Counted from the stretch's first letter, positions 38,540 to 49,594 are shown. The stretch is DNA of 49,849 nt from an uncultured Clostridia bacterium (GCA_947628855.1 CANRBM010000004.1:1-49849), one strand, 5' to 3'. Notes: generated from the letters alone by a model not told the origin. Made by a program: numbers and translations.

Positions 38540-38917
38540 TTACTTGAGTTCTGCAGTTGCGCCGACCTCTTTGAATTTGGCGACAAGAGCTTCCGCTTGA
38601 TCCTTGGGGAGACCTTCCTTGACGGTCTTGGGAGCCTCGTCGACGACTTTCTTTGCGTCCACAAGTCCGAGACCCGTTGCATCCTTGACGACCTTGATGA
38701 CCTGGACCTTGTTGGGACCGACTTCCTTGAGGACGACGTCGAACTCGGTCTTCTCTTCCTCTTGAGGAGCTGCCGCGGCGCCTGCTGCGGGGCCTGCCAC
38801 TGCGACGGGAGCCGCTGCGCTCACGCCGAATTTCTCTTCGAGTGCCTTGACGAGCTGATTGAGCTCGAGCACTGTAAGTTGCTCAATGTCTGCGATGAAT
38901 TTTTCGATATCAATCAT
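38540..38917 (-). CDS. rplL: 50S ribosomal protein L7/L12
   Basis: [34 protein letters not shown]. Confidence 0.98.
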   Translation of the reverse strand: MIDIEKFIADIEQLTVLELNQLVKALEEKFGVSAAAPVAVAGPAAGAAAAPQEEEKTEFDVVLKEVGPNKVQVIKVVKDATGLGLVDAKKVVDEAPKTVKEGLPKDQAEALVAKFKEVGATAELK

Positions 38918-38976
38918 TTTTTTATTCTCCGATTTTTTTATTTTTTATTTTTTCGGCTATGCCGCTTGAGCAACTT

Positions 38977-39477
38977 TTAGGCTTGCTCCGCCTTTTGTTC
39001 CGCTATCTTGTTCAAGCAGATAGCAAGTTTGCTGATCGGCGACGCGATGCTGCCGACCAAGCGCGCGAGCAGGATCTCCTTTGACGGGACATCCGCAAGC
39101 TGTTTGACACCGTTCTCGTCCATATAGGCTTTGTCGACCATGCCGCATTTGATCTTCATCTTGTTGAGCGCTTTGATGTTCTTCAAAATGAACTTTGCGG
39201 GAGCGACTTCGTCCGTGGAAGAGAATGCAACTGCCGTGGGACCGTTGAGCGCTTCGTCAAAATCGGTGTAGCCGAGCTCGTTGAAAGCGATCTTGACAAG
39301 GCGATTTTTGAGCACTGCGTAGTCGATACCGTTTTCTCTCAATTCCTTGCGGAAAGCGGTGTCCTGTGCGACTGTCAATCCCATATAATCGAGAATGACG
39401 ATGCCCTTCGCGCTTTGGATCTTGCTCTTGATCTCTTCGACCTGTTGCTTTTTGGCTTCGAGGACCTGCTGATTCAT
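38977..39477 (-). CDS. rplJ: 50S ribosomal protein L10
   Basis: DYMGLTV, KNRL, GPTAVAFS; position upstream of rplL. Confidence 0.97.
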   Translation of the reverse strand: MNQQVLEAKKQQVEEIKSKIQSAKGIVILDYMGLTVAQDTAFRKELRENGIDYAVLKNRLVKIAFNELGYTDFDEALNGPTAVAFSSTDEVAPAKFILKNIKALNKMKIKCGMVDKAYMDENGVKQLADVPSKEILLARLVGSIASPISKLAICLNKIAEQKAEQA

Positions 39478-39497
39478 CTTTACCTCCTATCAAAATA

Positions 39498-39605
39498 AAT
39501 TGCGTCACCCTAAGACGTGGAATGACGCAACCGAAAAAATCGTTTTTCTGTCATCCTCGGCAAGCACTCACGTTTACGGCATTTGCCACTTGCTGTCTTA
39601 GGAAC
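39498..39605 (-). promoter_or_regulatory. L10 leader (rplJ autoregulatory RNA), with its own promoter TTGACA-17-TATTAT at 39640-39612
   Basis: Minus strand CCTAAGACAGCAAG...CTTGCCGAGG...GTCTTAGG directly upstream of rplJ. Confidence 0.7.
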
Positions 39606-39667
39606 GGTACTATAATACCCGATACGGCGGGCTTTGTCAAACAAATTGAACAAAGCCGCCGAAATTT

Positions 39668-40360
39668 TTAGGCATTCACCTTGTAGACCACCTTGATGCC
39701 GGGGCCCATTGTGGTGGAAATGCTGATGGAGCGGAAGTAGACGCCCTTTGCCGCCGCCGGCTTTGCCTTGAGCAGCGCGTCCATAAGGGTGTTGTAGTTT
39801 TCAAGCAACTTCTCCTGTCCGAACGACGCTTTGCCGAAGGGGACGTGGCAGATGGCTTGCTTGTCCACTCTGTACTCCACTTTACCTGCTTTGATGTCGT
39901 GAATGGCTCTTGTGATATCCATTGTGACGGTGCCCGACTTGGGGTTCGGCATGAGTCCCTTGGGTCCGAGCAACTTACCGAGGCGTCCCACGACGCCCAT
40001 CATGTCGGGAGTTGTGACGATGACGTCATAGTCGAACCAGTTTTCATGCTGTATCTTCTGCACCATCTCTTCGCCGCCCACGAAGTCTGCGCCTGCCGCC
40101 TGCGCCTCGTCGGCTTTGGCGCCCTTGCAGATCGCGAGCACGCGAACGGTCTTGCCCGTGCCGTTGGGGAGCACTACGACGCCTCTGACCTGTTGGTCGG
40201 CATGGCGGGGGTCGATACCCAACTTGACATGGAGCTCTATGGTTTCATCGAATTTCGCCTTCGCTGTCTCGAGAGCGAGCGCTATCGCCTCTGCGCCCTC
40301 ATACTGCTTGGTGCGGTCGATGAGCTTTTTCGAATCTATATATTTCTTTCCGCGTTTCAT
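39668..40360 (-). CDS. rplA: 50S ribosomal protein L1
   Basis: [38 protein letters not shown]. Confidence 0.98.
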   Translation of the reverse strand: MKRGKKYIDSKKLIDRTKQYEGAEAIALALETAKAKFDETIELHVKLGIDPRHADQQVRGVVVLPNGTGKTVRVLAICKGAKADEAQAAGADFVGGEEMVQKIQHENWFDYDVIVTTPDMMGVVGRLGKLLGPKGLMPNPKSGTVTMDITRAIHDIKAGKVEYRVDKQAICHVPFGKASFGQEKLLENYNTLMDALLKAKPAAAKGVYFRSISISTTMGPGIKVVYKVNA

Positions 40361-40372
40361 AGCTGTCCCTCC

Positions 40373-40798
40373 TTATTCCTCGACGGTGACGCCCATGGAG
40401 CGTGCTGTACCTGCGATCATGCTCATTGCGGTCTCTATGCTTGCGGCGTTGAGATCTGGCATTTTCTGCTCGGCAATGGCCCTGAGTTGCTCTTTGGTGA
40501 GCTTTGCGACCTTGGTCTTGTTGGGGACTGCGGAGCCGCTTTCGATGCCGACTGCCTTCTTGATAAGGACGGGCGCCGGAGGAGTCTTGAGCACAAACGT
40601 GAAGGAGTGATCTTGATATATCGTGATGATCACGGGGATGATGAGTCCCGCTTCCTTGCTTGTCTTTTCATTGAACTCCTTGGTGAAACCCAAAATGTTG
40701 ATGCCGTGAGGGCCGAGCGTCGAACCTACGGGAGGTCCCGGGGTCGCCTTGCCTGCAGGCAACTGCAATTTGACAACTGCTGTAATTTTTTTAGCCAT
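40373..40798 (-). CDS. rplK: 50S ribosomal protein L11
   Basis: [30 protein letters not shown]. Confidence 0.98.
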   Translation of the reverse strand: MAKKITAVVKLQLPAGKATPGPPVGSTLGPHGINILGFTKEFNEKTSKEAGLIIPVIITIYQDHSFTFVLKTPPAPVLIKKAVGIESGSAVPNKTKVAKLTKEQLRAIAEQKMPDLNAASIETAMSMIAGTARSMGVTVEE

Positions 40799-40815
40799 AT
40801 TTCCTCCTGACTAAT

Positions 40816-40855
40816 GTGGTCTTTCGGCGGTATTAAAGGATTTGCCGCCTCCCAC
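40816..40855 (-). promoter_or_regulatory. L1-binding mRNA leader upstream of rplK
   Basis: Minus strand GTGGGAG-GCGG..CCGC-..GACCAC stem next to the RBS. Confidence 0.65.
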
Positions 40856-40910
40856 TTCCCGCGCATACGCGCTTTGATTTGATGTGCGACATTAGTCGCG
40901 TGCCCTTTTT

Positions 40911-41450
40911 TCAGAGCTTTTCCACTTGCGCAAAGTCGAGGTCGACAGGCGTCTCCCTTCCGAACAATGCAACAATTACCTTGACTTTTTGCTGTTCCGC
41001 GTTTATGGAGTCCACAACTCCGATAAAGCCTTCGAGCGCGCCATTGATGATCTTGACGTTGTCGCCGACTTTGATGTCGAAATCCTCTATGGAGATCTGC
41101 TCCAGCCCTATGCGTCTCACTTCCTCGTCTGTGAGCGGTATCGGACGGCCTGCGGATCCGACGAAACTTGTGACTCCGCGCGTCCTCGTCACCATGAACC
41201 AGACGTGGTTGGTGTAGATCATTTTGATGAAAGCATAGCTTGGAAACTTCTTGCGCTGGATGACCTTCTTTTTGCCGTTCCTCTCCACGATATCGTCCTC
41301 GACGGGGACTTTTATGTCGTAGATATACTCGTGCAGGTCGTTGTTGTCTACCATATTGCGAAGGTCCTGCTCCACAGCGTTCTCATAGCCGGAGTATGTG
41401 TGTATCACATACCACTTCGGTTGTTCTTTTGGTACTTCTTGATTTGCCAT
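40911..41450 (-). CDS. nusG: Transcription factor NusG
   Basis: WYVIHTYSGYE, FPSY, GVTSFVG, KOW motif, FGRETPV. Confidence 0.97.
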   Translation of the reverse strand: MANQEVPKEQPKWYVIHTYSGYENAVEQDLRNMVDNNDLHEYIYDIKVPVEDDIVERNGKKKVIQRKKFPSYAFIKMIYTNHVWFMVTRTRGVTSFVGSAGRPIPLTDEEVRRIGLEQISIEDFDIKVGDNVKIINGALEGFIGVVDSINAEQQKVKVIVALFGRETPVDLDFAQVEKL

Positions 41451-41460
41451 ACGAACCCCC

Positions 41461-41769
41461 TCAGTTCCAAAGATGTGTCCAATGTCCGCTTGTTGTAAGT
41501 CCCAGCAATCCCGTAAGCACATAGTCGATCACAAACAGAACGACAAAGAACAGCACTACGACGACAAGCACGACCACCGTGTTTGAGCCGACTTCCTTGC
41601 CCTTTGGCCACGTGACTTTCTTGAGCTCCGAGAAGATGCCCTTGATACCCTTCCACATCCTCTTGAAGATGTTGGGTTTGTCGGACTTCTTGTTGCTCTT
41701 TTTCGCCTTTGGAGTTACTTGCTGAGCCGCTGAAGTCGAGGTATTGGTTTCAGGCTTATTTTTTGCCAT
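41461..41769 (-). CDS. secE: Preprotein translocase subunit SecE
   Basis: ELKKVTWP followed by one TM segment. Confidence 0.93.
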   Translation of the reverse strand: MAKNKPETNTSTSAAQQVTPKAKKSNKKSDKPNIFKRMWKGIKGIFSELKKVTWPKGKEVGSNTVVVLVVVVLFFVVLFVIDYVLTGLLGLTTSGHWTHLWN

Positions 41770-41793
41770 AATAACACCTTCCTAAAAATTTGC

Positions 41794-41958
41794 TTACTTT
41801 GTTTCTTTGTGCAGGGTATGCTTTTTGCAGAATCTGCAATACTTTTTAAGCTCGATCCTATCGGGATGCTTTTGCTTATTCTTCCAAAGATTGTAGTTGC
41901 GCTGCTTGCACTCCGAGCAGGCAAGTACGATCTTGACTCTTGCTCCTTTCTGAGCCAT
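41794..41958 (-). CDS. rpmG: 50S ribosomal protein L33 (Zn-binding type)
   Basis: LACSEC..RNY..KN...[16 protein letters not shown]. Confidence 0.96.
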   Translation of the reverse strand: MAQKGARVKIVLACSECKQRNYNLWKNKQKHPDRIELKKYCRFCKKHTLHKETK

Positions 41959-42048
41959 ACTGTCCTCCTTCCCAATCAATACGACACCCTACACGGCAGG
42001 CTTATCTGCCGTGTAGAGCACTTTTTATATCATATTGAAAGAACAATG

Positions 42049-43254
42049 TTATTCGATGATTTTTGCGACGACGCCGGAGCCGACTGTTCTGCCGCCCTCA
42101 CGGATAGCGAAACGCAATCCTTCCTCGATAGCGATCGGGGTGATAAGGGTGATCTCCATGTCGATGTGGTCGCCGGGCATGACCATCTCAACGCCCGCGG
42201 GCAGTTTGATGGATCCTGTGACGTCCGTTGTTCTGAAATAGAACTGAGGACGATATCCATCGAAGAACGGAGTGTGACGTCCGCCCTCTTCCTTCGTCAG
42301 GACATAAACCTGAGACGTGAAGTGAGTGTGAGGATGGATGGTGCCGGGTTTTGCAAGAACTTGACCGCGCTCGATCTCGTTTCTCTGAATGCCGCGGAGC
42401 AGTACGCCGATGTTGTCGCCGCCCTCTGCATAATCGAGGAGCTTGCGGAACATTTCGATACCGGTGACGACTGTCTCTTTCTTATCGGGACGCAGACCGA
42501 CGATCTCGACCTTGTCGCCCATCTTGAGCATACCGCGCTCGACTCTGCCTGTTGCGACGGTGCCGCGGCCTGTGATGGTGAACACGTCCTCGACGGGCAT
42601 AAGGAAGGGCTTATCCGTGTCGCGCTGAGGGTCGGGAATGTAGCTGTCGACTGCGTCGAGCAATTCCTTGATAGCGTCAAGCGCAGGATCGTCCCACTTG
42701 CCTGCGAGACCTGCGTTCATCGCGTTGAGAGCGGAGCCGCGGACGATAGGAGTATCGTCTCCGGGGAAACCGTACTCGTTGAGCAGCTCGCGAACTTCCA
42801 TTTCGACAAGCTCAAGCAGCTCTTCGTCATCGACCTGGTCGCACTTGTTGAGGAAGACGAGGATGTAGGGAACGCCGACCTGACGTGCGAGCAGGATGTG
42901 CTCACGAGTCTGAGGCATGGGGCCGTCGGAAGCTGCGACAACGAGGATAGCGCCGTCCATCTGTGCCGCACCTGTGATCATGTTCTTGACATAGTCGGCG
43001 TGGCCGGGGCAGTCAACGTGCGCATAGTGGCGCTTGTCTGTCTCATACTCAACGTGCGCTGTGTTGATCGTGATGCCTCTCGCTTTCTCTTCGGGAGCCT
43101 TATCGATCTCGTCATACTTCATGACTTGGGCTTTGCCGAGGTGCGCGCTGTACATTGTGATTGCAGCGGTGAGCGTGGTCTTGCCGTGGTCAACGTGGCC
43201 AATCGTACCGATGTTAACATGCGGCTTTGTTCTTTCAAATTTAGCTTTTGCCAT
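42049..43254 (-). CDS. tuf: Elongation factor Tu
   Basis: [31 protein letters not shown]. Confidence 0.99.
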   Translation of the reverse strand: MAKAKFERTKPHVNIGTIGHVDHGKTTLTAAITMYSAHLGKAQVMKYDEIDKAPEEKARGITINTAHVEYETDKRHYAHVDCPGHADYVKNMITGAAQMDGAILVVAASDGPMPQTREHILLARQVGVPYILVFLNKCDQVDDEELLELVEMEVRELLNEYGFPGDDTPIVRGSALNAMNAGLAGKWDDPALDAIKELLDAVDSYIPDPQRDTDKPFLMPVEDVFTITGRGTVATGRVERGMLKMGDKVEIVGLRPDKKETVVTGIEMFRKLLDYAEGGDNIGVLLRGIQRNEIERGQVLAKPGTIHPHTHFTSQVYVLTKEEGGRHTPFFDGYRPQFYFRTTDVTGSIKLPAGVEMVMPGDHIDMEITLITPIAIEEGLRFAIREGGRTVGSGVVAKIIE

Positions 43255-43355
43255 ACTAAATTCCTCCAATAGATTTTTTTGGCTTTTTTATTTTTTTTAT
43301 TATCCTAAAAGCTGTTTATTATATATATTATCAATATAATACGTCGCTTTCAAGG

Positions 43356-45437
43356 CTATTTTTTGTCGCCGACTATCTTTTCGGCAACGTTTTTGGGCAC
43401 CGCTTCATAATGGTCGAAGAGCATTGTGAAGCTGGCTCTGCCCTGTGTTATGCTGCGCAGGCTTGTCGCATATCCGAACATCTCGGAAAGCGGCACGTCC
43501 GCGTCTACGCATTGCGCGCCCGTGCGGGGCTCTATGCCCTTCACCTGCCCGCGCCTCGTCGTAAGGTTGCCCATCACGTCGCCCAAATAATCGTCGGGAG
43601 TGATGACCTCAACCTTCATTATCGGCTCCAGCAACGTGGGCGCCGCTTTGCTTGCCGCCTCCTTAAAGGCGAGTGAGCCCGCGATCTTGAACGCCATTTC
43701 CGAGCTGTCCACCTCGTGCATACTGCCGTCCACGAGTCTGACCTTGAAGTCCACGCACTCGTATCCCGCGATGACGCCGCTCTGCGCTGCCTCTTTGATG
43801 CCTTCCCATGCCGCCGCCGCAAACTCCTTCGAGACTGCGCCGCCGACGATGACGTTTTCCACCTCGAGACCGCCGCCGGGATTGGGCTCGATATCAATGA
43901 TTATCCTGCCGTACTGACCGTGTCCGCCCGACTGTCTGACAAACTTGCCTTCCACATTCTTGACGGGCTTCGTAATGGTCTCGCGATAGCTGACCTGCGG
44001 CTTGCCGATGTTCGCCTCCACTTTGAACTCGCGCATCATTCTGTCCACTATGATGTCCAGATGGAGCTCGCCCATGCCTGCGATGATGGTCTGACCCGTC
44101 TCCTTGTCGGTGTACGCCTTGAAGGTTGGGTCCTCCTCTTGCAGTTTTTGGATGGCGACGGTCATTCTCTCTTGAGACGCCTTGGACTTCGGCTCTATCG
44201 CGACCTTGATGACGGGATCGGGGAATACCATGTTTTCAAGCACGATCTGCCTCGTCCTGTCCGACAGCGTGTCGCCCGTAGTGCTCTTTTTGAGACCTAT
44301 TATCGCAACTATGTCGCCCGCGTACGCCTCTTCGATGTCCTCGCGGTTGTCCGCGTTCATTCTGAGTAGCCTGCTTATGCGCTCGTTCTCGCCCTTGACC
44401 GTGTTGTAGACGACGCTTCCTACCTTGACCGTGCCCGAATATATCCTCGCAAACGACAGCTTGCCGACAAATTCATCTGTCAAGATCTTGAACACCAGCG
44501 CGCTGAACGGCTCGTCCTCGCCGGGATGGCGCAGTTCGGGCTGCTCCGTCTTGGGATTTATGCCCTCTATGCTTGCCACGTCCGTGGGAGCGGGCAGATA
44601 ATCCACCACCGCGTCGAGCATGAGCTGTACGCCCGTGTTCTTGTAGGCGCTTCCGCAAAGCACGGGATTCAATTTCATCTCTATCGTGCCTTTGCGTATC
44701 GCCGCCTTGAGCTGCTCCTCGCTTATGCTTGCGGCATCTTCGGAAATTATCTTTTCGAGGATGTCCTCGTCATAATCGGACGCCGCCTCAAGCAGCTTTT
44801 GTCTGTACTCTTCCGCTTGCGCCTTGTACGCCTCGGGAATGGGCTTTTTGTAAAATGTCACGCCCTTGTCCTTTTGGTCATAGTAGTACGCTTGCATGTC
44901 GATGAGGCTTATCACGCCCTCGAACTCGCTCTCCTTGCCTATGGGCAGGCAGATGGGTACGGCGTTGGCGTTCAGCCTCTCCTTCATCATCTCGACGGCT
45001 CCGAAGAAATTGGCTCCGTTGATGTCCATCTTGTTGACGAAGGCGATCCTCGGGACTTTGTAGGTGTCCGCTTGACGCCATACGTTTTCGGACTGAGGCT
45101 CGACGCCGCCCTTCGCGCAGAATACCGCGACGGCTCCGTCAAGCACTCTCAAGCTCCTCTCCACTTCCACCGTAAAATCCACGTGGCCGGGGGTGTCGAT
45201 GATGTTGATCTGATGCCCCTTCCAAATTGCCGTGGTCGCCGCGGAAGTTATCGTGATGCCTCTCTCGCGCTCTTGCTCCATGTAATCCATTGTGGCGGAT
45301 CCGTCATGGGTCTCCCCGAGCTTGTGATTGACGCCTGTGTAGTAAAGTATTCGCTCGGTCGTGGTGGTCTTGCCGGCGTCGATGTGCGCCATGATGCCGA
45401 TATTACGCACCTTGTCAAGAGCATATTTCCTTGCCAT
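43356..45437 (-). CDS. fusA: Elongation factor G
   Basis: [30 protein letters not shown]. Confidence 0.99.
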   Translation of the reverse strand: MARKYALDKVRNIGIMAHIDAGKTTTTERILYYTGVNHKLGETHDGSATMDYMEQERERGITITSAATTAIWKGHQINIIDTPGHVDFTVEVERSLRVLDGAVAVFCAKGGVEPQSENVWRQADTYKVPRIAFVNKMDINGANFFGAVEMMKERLNANAVPICLPIGKESEFEGVISLIDMQAYYYDQKDKGVTFYKKPIPEAYKAQAEEYRQKLLEAASDYDEDILEKIISEDAASISEEQLKAAIRKGTIEMKLNPVLCGSAYKNTGVQLMLDAVVDYLPAPTDVASIEGINPKTEQPELRHPGEDEPFSALVFKILTDEFVGKLSFARIYSGTVKVGSVVYNTVKGENERISRLLRMNADNREDIEEAYAGDIVAIIGLKKSTTGDTLSDRTRQIVLENMVFPDPVIKVAIEPKSKASQERMTVAIQKLQEEDPTFKAYTDKETGQTIIAGMGELHLDIIVDRMMREFKVEANIGKPQVSYRETITKPVKNVEGKFVRQSGGHGQYGRIIIDIEPNPGGGLEVENVIVGGAVSKEFAAAAWEGIKEAAQSGVIAGYECVDFKVRLVDGSMHEVDSSEMAFKIAGSLAFKEAASKAAPTLLEPIMKVEVITPDDYLGDVMGNLTTRRGQVKGIEPRTGAQCVDADVPLSEMFGYATSLRSITQGRASFTMLFDHYEAVPKNVAEKIVGDKK

Positions 45438-45440
45438 AGT

Positions 45441-45911
45441 TTACCACCTGTAGTGTGCAAACGCCTTGTTTGCTTCTGCAGCGCGGTGCATCTCGTCCTT
45501 TCTTCTGACGGCGCCGCCTGTCAGATTGTAGGCGTCCATAAGCTCACCCGCAAGTCTCGCGTCCATGGTCTTTTCGCCCCTCTTCCTCGCAAAGGACACA
45601 AGCCATCTGATGGCGAGAGTCTGCCTGCGCTCCGGACGGATCTCCATAGGAACTTGATAGGTCGAGCCACCCACACGCCTTGCCTTGACTTCCAGCATAG
45701 GCATTGCGTTTTCGAGCGCCTTGTTGAATATATCCATTGGGTTTTGACCCAACTTCGCTGCTGCAATATCGAAAGCCCCATAGACGATCGCTTGTGCCGT
45801 CCCCTTCTTGCCGTCGAGCATCACTTGATTGATGAGCTTTGTGACGACCTTGCTGTTGTAGATAGGATCGGGCAGCACGTCTCTCTTGGGCACGTCGCTT
45901 CTTCTTGGCAT
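45441..45911 (-). CDS. rpsG: 30S ribosomal protein S7
   Basis: [23 protein letters not shown]. Confidence 0.99.
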   Translation of the reverse strand: MPRRSDVPKRDVLPDPIYNSKVVTKLINQVMLDGKKGTAQAIVYGAFDIAAAKLGQNPMDIFNKALENAMPMLEVKARRVGGSTYQVPMEIRPERRQTLAIRWLVSFARKRGEKTMDARLAGELMDAYNLTGGAVRRKDEMHRAAEANKAFAHYRW

Positions 45912-45951
45912 AAATTACCTCCTATTCTTGGTTTAAGATAACATTCGAAAA

Positions 45952-46326
45952 TTACTTCTTGGGACGCTTCGCGCCATATTTGGACCTTGCCTGCCCGCGC
46001 TTTGCAACGCCTGCAGTATCAAGAGCTCCGCGAATGATGTGATAGCGCACACCGGGCAGGTCCTTGACTCTGCCGCCTCTGATGAGCACTACGCTGTGCT
46101 CTTGCAGATTGTGGCCTTCGCCGGGAATGTAAACAGTACCCTCCATACCGTTGACAAGGCGGACCCTCGCGATTTTACGAAGTGCCGAGTTCGGCTTCTT
46201 GGGGGATGTAGTCGTGACGCTCAAGCAGATACCGCGCTTTTGGGGGCACTGCTCCATGATAGGCGTGAGCGACTTTTTGACCTGTTTCTCTCTGCCCTTT
46301 CTGATAAGCTGATTGATGGTTGGCAT
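45952..46326 (-). CDS. rpsL: 30S ribosomal protein S12
   Basis: [29 protein letters not shown]. Confidence 0.99.
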   Translation of the reverse strand: MPTINQLIRKGREKQVKKSLTPIMEQCPQKRGICLSVTTTSPKKPNSALRKIARVRLVNGMEGTVYIPGEGHNLQEHSVVLIRGGRVKDLPGVRYHIIRGALDTAGVAKRGQARSKYGAKRPKK

Positions 46327-46380
46327 TTTGTTTCCTCCTTCTGGATTTTCCGAATGTACCCGCAACCCTACAGGTGCAAT

Positions 46381-46653
46381 TCATTTATCTTCCTCCGCGG
46401 AAATTATCCCGACCGCCGCCGTAGCGACCTCGACCCCCGCTGCCTCGCCCAACTTCCTCTTTGAAGGGACGTATTTGACGGGCACACGGTGCCTGCGCGC
46501 CGCATCGACAAGCGCCTCTTTAATTTCCGCATCGGCGTCGGAAGCGACTATCACACACCTGAGCGTCCCTTCCGACAAACCCTTCAAAACCTGTTTGGAT
46601 CCGACAACTTTTGAAGAGCAAGCTAGCATATCTTCAAGTTTTTCTTTGTCCAT
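46381..46653 (-). CDS. L7Ae/YbxF-family RNA-binding protein (start could be 46671)
   Basis: VVGSKQVLK, VIVASDAD, LGEAAGVEV; canonical position upstream of rpsL. Confidence 0.88.
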   Translation of the reverse strand: MDKEKLEDMLACSSKVVGSKQVLKGLSEGTLRCVIVASDADAEIKEALVDAARRHRVPVKYVPSKRKLGEAAGVEVATAAVGIISAEEDK

Positions 46654-46924
46654 ATCGCTCCATATTTCCAAAGCTAAAAACTGCTTGCACAGACTGCAAG
46701 CGTGATTATATTATCATCAATCCCCGCCACTTGTCAAACAAAAATACTAAAATATTTTTTAAAATTATTCTATTATATATATTGTGGTAATGAGAAAAAT
46801 TCTACCACAAAATATAGGCCGCGCCCTCAACACAAACAGCCGAATAACGTTGCCGGTCACAAAAATCGCAATTTAATGTTGTTTTAAGTTTCAAAAGCTA
46901 CTATAATCAAAAAAGGAGGCGACT

Positions 46925-47599
46925 ATGCGAGTTTTACTTGTAGAGGACGAGAGAGAGCTTTCTCGCGCGCTTGCGAAGATGCTCTCCAAGGACGGGTATG
47001 ACGTGGATTGCGTATATGACGGTGCGGACGGCTTGAATTTCGCCTCGACGGGCATGTACGATCTTATTCTGCTCGACGTCATTATGCCGAAAATGAACGG
47101 TTTTGAAATGCTCGGAGAGCTTAGGCGCAAAAAGATGGACACGCCCGTCATAATGCTTACCGCTCTCAACGACGAGAACGACAAGATAGCGGGGTTGGAC
47201 AAAGGTGCGGACGACTATGTTTCAAAGCCGTTTTCGACAAATGAACTGCTTGCGAGGATGAGGGCGGTGCTGAGGCGCCGCGGCAAACTTGTAAGCGACA
47301 ACAAACTCGAATATTCAAACGCGTCGCTGGACCTCACGACGTACAGGCTGAGCACTCCAAACGGCGAGATAGGTCTGACGGGCAAAGAATTTGAGCTGCT
47401 GAGATACCTCTTCGAATATCCGGGATTTGTCGCGCCAAAGGAAGATCTCATCCTTAAAGCGTGGGGCATGAACAGCGAATTTGAAAGCAACAACCTTGAG
47501 GTGTACATGTCGTTTTTGAGGAAAAAACTCAATCATCTCGGCGCGGCTTTCACGATAGAATCCGTGCGCGGCGTGGGATATCGGCTTGTGCAAAAATGA
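46925..47599 (+). CDS. OmpR-family response regulator
   Basis: LLVEDE, LLDVIMP, GADDYVSKPF, C-terminal wHTH ending VRGVGY. Confidence 0.95.
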   Translation: MRVLLVEDERELSRALAKMLSKDGYDVDCVYDGADGLNFASTGMYDLILLDVIMPKMNGFEMLGELRRKKMDTPVIMLTALNDENDKIAGLDKGADDYVSKPFSTNELLARMRAVLRRRGKLVSDNKLEYSNASLDLTTYRLSTPNGEIGLTGKEFELLRYLFEYPGFVAPKEDLILKAWGMNSEFESNNLEVYMSFLRKKLNHLGAAFTIESVRGVGYRLVQK

Positions 47600-47646
47600 C
47601 TAAACAGGCATTTTATCATGTCAAAATAGAAGGATAAACCTCAAAA

Positions 47647-48912
47647 ATGGACCTTATCAAAAAACAGCGCACATCATTCACCGTCGTTACCACTGTTTTT
47701 GCGGCGGTGTTTTTGCTTGTACTGTTGGGAGGGTTTTTCGGCATAACCTGCCTCGCAAACGACATGTATATGAGCGCCGCCCTCAATAAGGCGCTTGAAA
47801 ATCCCCTCACATACAATCAAGTTTCGCCGCAAAATCTGCGCTGCTTTTTTGTATACGTCGATCAAATAAGCGGCGAGTCACACATCAAAGGCGATGTGGA
47901 TTACTATGGGGACAGCGTCTCGGGCATCATCAAAGCGGTCAAAAAGTTGGGCAGACCAAGTGACGACCTTCCCCAAAAATTTCGATGTGGGGACAGATTT
48001 TTCGCCGCAAAGTGCACTGATATTGAAATGTTTAAAGTGTACGCTGTGCTCGACAGGACGTCATATCGCTCGCAACTTATCAACACCGCCCTGCTCACCG
48101 TGCTGCTGTATTGCTGTACGGTGGGGCTTACGGCGCTGCTTACCTATCTCGGCTCCGCGCGACTGCTGAGACCCGTCGCCGACGCCATGCAAAAACAGCG
48201 CGACCTCACAGCAAACGCCTCGCATGAACTCAAAACTCCGCTCACCGTCATTTCGGCAAACTTGAGCGTGCTGCGCTCGGAGCCGACTTCCACCGTCGCG
48301 GAAAACGAGCACTGGATAGAGAGCATAGACTCGCAAATAACGCGTATGCAGGAGCTCATACAGAATATGCTCGAGCTGAGCAAGCTCGAAAGCTCCGCCG
48401 TCGTGAAAGAAAAACTCGATCTCAGCTCCGTCACGGAGGGCGTCTGCCTCTCGTTCGAGCCCGTATGCTTTGAAAAGGGCGTAACCCTCATCACCGACAT
48501 CGCGGACGGGGCTACCGTTGAGGGAGACGCGCGCGCCCTCGAGAGGCTTGTGGGTATTTTGCTCGATAACGCCATCAAATATTGCGGCGAGAGCGGCAAG
48601 GTGGGGCTCAACTTGAGCTGCGACCAAAAAAAGGCGAAGCTGTCCGTTATGAATACGGGCGAAAGCATATCCAAAGAAGAGGCGGAACACGTCTTTGACA
48701 GATTTTACCGTACGGACGGCGCCAGACATAACGAGGACAATAAGAGCTTCGGACTCGGGCTGTCCATCGCCTACGCCACGGTACAGGCGCACGGCGGCAC
48801 GATATCCTGCCACGGCGTAGAAGGCAAGGGCTCCGTTTTCACCGTTACCCTGCCCCTAATCAAGGAAAAACACGCCAAAAAGCCCGCAAAAAAACCGCAA
48901 CAAAACAATTGA
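47647..48912 (+). CDS. Sensor histidine kinase
   Basis: 2 TM segments, ASHELKTPL, N box LDNAIKY, F box VFDRFYR, G box GLGLSI. Confidence 0.95.
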   Translation: MDLIKKQRTSFTVVTTVFAAVFLLVLLGGFFGITCLANDMYMSAALNKALENPLTYNQVSPQNLRCFFVYVDQISGESHIKGDVDYYGDSVSGIIKAVKKLGRPSDDLPQKFRCGDRFFAAKCTDIEMFKVYAVLDRTSYRSQLINTALLTVLLYCCTVGLTALLTYLGSARLLRPVADAMQKQRDLTANASHELKTPLTVISANLSVLRSEPTSTVAENEHWIESIDSQITRMQELIQNMLELSKLESSAVVKEKLDLSSVTEGVCLSFEPVCFEKGVTLITDIADGATVEGDARALERLVGILLDNAIKYCGESGKVGLNLSCDQKKAKLSVMNTGESISKEEAEHVFDRFYRTDGARHNEDNKSFGLGLSIAYATVQAHGGTISCHGVEGKGSVFTVTLPLIKEKHAKKPAKKPQQNN

Positions 48913-48937
48913 CAAAATTTTCGTCAAATGATATTAT
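48909..48937 (+). promoter_or_regulatory. SigA-type promoter for the tRNA pair, overlapping the kinase stop codon
   Basis: TTGACA-17 bp-TATTAT with an extended -10 TG. Confidence 0.75.
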
Positions 48938-48954
48938 CTTATAGCATCCACTTT

Positions 48955-49030
48955 GGGGGTATAGCTCAGTTGGTAGAGCGCTTGATTTGCATTCAAGAGG
49001 TCCTCGGTTCGAATCCGTGTATCTCCACCA
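48955..49030 (+). tRNA. tRNA-Ala (anticodon TGC)
   Basis: Acceptor GGGGGTA/TATCTCC with G3:U70; anticodon arm CTTGA-TTTGCAT-TCAAG; TTCGAAT loop; CCA end. Confidence 0.96.
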
Positions 49031-49036
49031 CGATAT

Positions 49037-49113
49037 AGTTGTGTAGCTCAGTAGGTTAGAGCACCACCCTGATAAGGTGGGGGTCGGTGGTTCGAGTCCA
49101 CTCACAACTACCA
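49037..49113 (+). tRNA. tRNA-Ile (anticodon GAT)
   Basis: Acceptor AGTTGTG/CACAACT; anticodon arm CCACC-CTGATAA-GGTGG; TTCGAGT loop; CCA end. Confidence 0.96.
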
Positions 49114-49139
49114 AAACCTCGCACTAGCGAGGTTTTTTT
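49113..49139 (+). terminator. Terminator after tRNA-Ile
   Basis: AAAACCTCGC-ACTA-GCGAGGTTTTTTT. Confidence 0.85.
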
Positions 49140-49219
49140 GTTATGCGCCTCCGCCTCAATGCTTGCATTGGAGCCTGGGGCGCATAACAAAAATAAACAC
49201 ATTGTCGCAGGCAATGTGT

Positions 49220-49250
49220 TGGGAGTTGTGAGTGGACTCGAATCACCGAC
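49220..49250 (-). repeat. Inverted copy of the tRNA-Ile 3' 31 nt
   Basis: Reverse complement GTCGGTGATTCGAGTCCACTCACAACTCCCA matches 49083-49113 at 29 of 31 positions. Confidence 0.9.
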
Positions 49251-49594
49251 TTGGCGAGCTTGCTCTTTTTTGGACGAAGTACAAAAAAGAGCATAAGGTG
49301 CATTTAAATTTATCCGCTCGGACACGGGGATTCCTCGACTTCTTACCCCACAAAATCACTTCGTAATTTTGCGGGGACCCCATTGCGCTCAGAATGACAG
49401 GTTTATTTCGCTGTCATGTTGAGCGAAGTCGAAACATCCCCTTGTGCAGACCCGCCCTCATTGCGTACTTAGCGTTAAACCGCTCGCTCCGCGGGGTCGC
49501 TCGGACAAAGCAAATTCCGTATATAAGGACGCTCAGACAAGGCGGACGGCGGGTATAGGGGCACTCGAACAGAAGGCGCGTGATTTGACAAACA

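Noticed and set aside
41809-45941. Long plus-strand ORFs (41809-43272, 44526-45941) and similar ones such as 33425-34879, 11142-12461 and 26850-28022
   Set aside because: These are antisense shadows of well-identified genes, expected with GC-rich codon usage, and they show no recognisable motifs.
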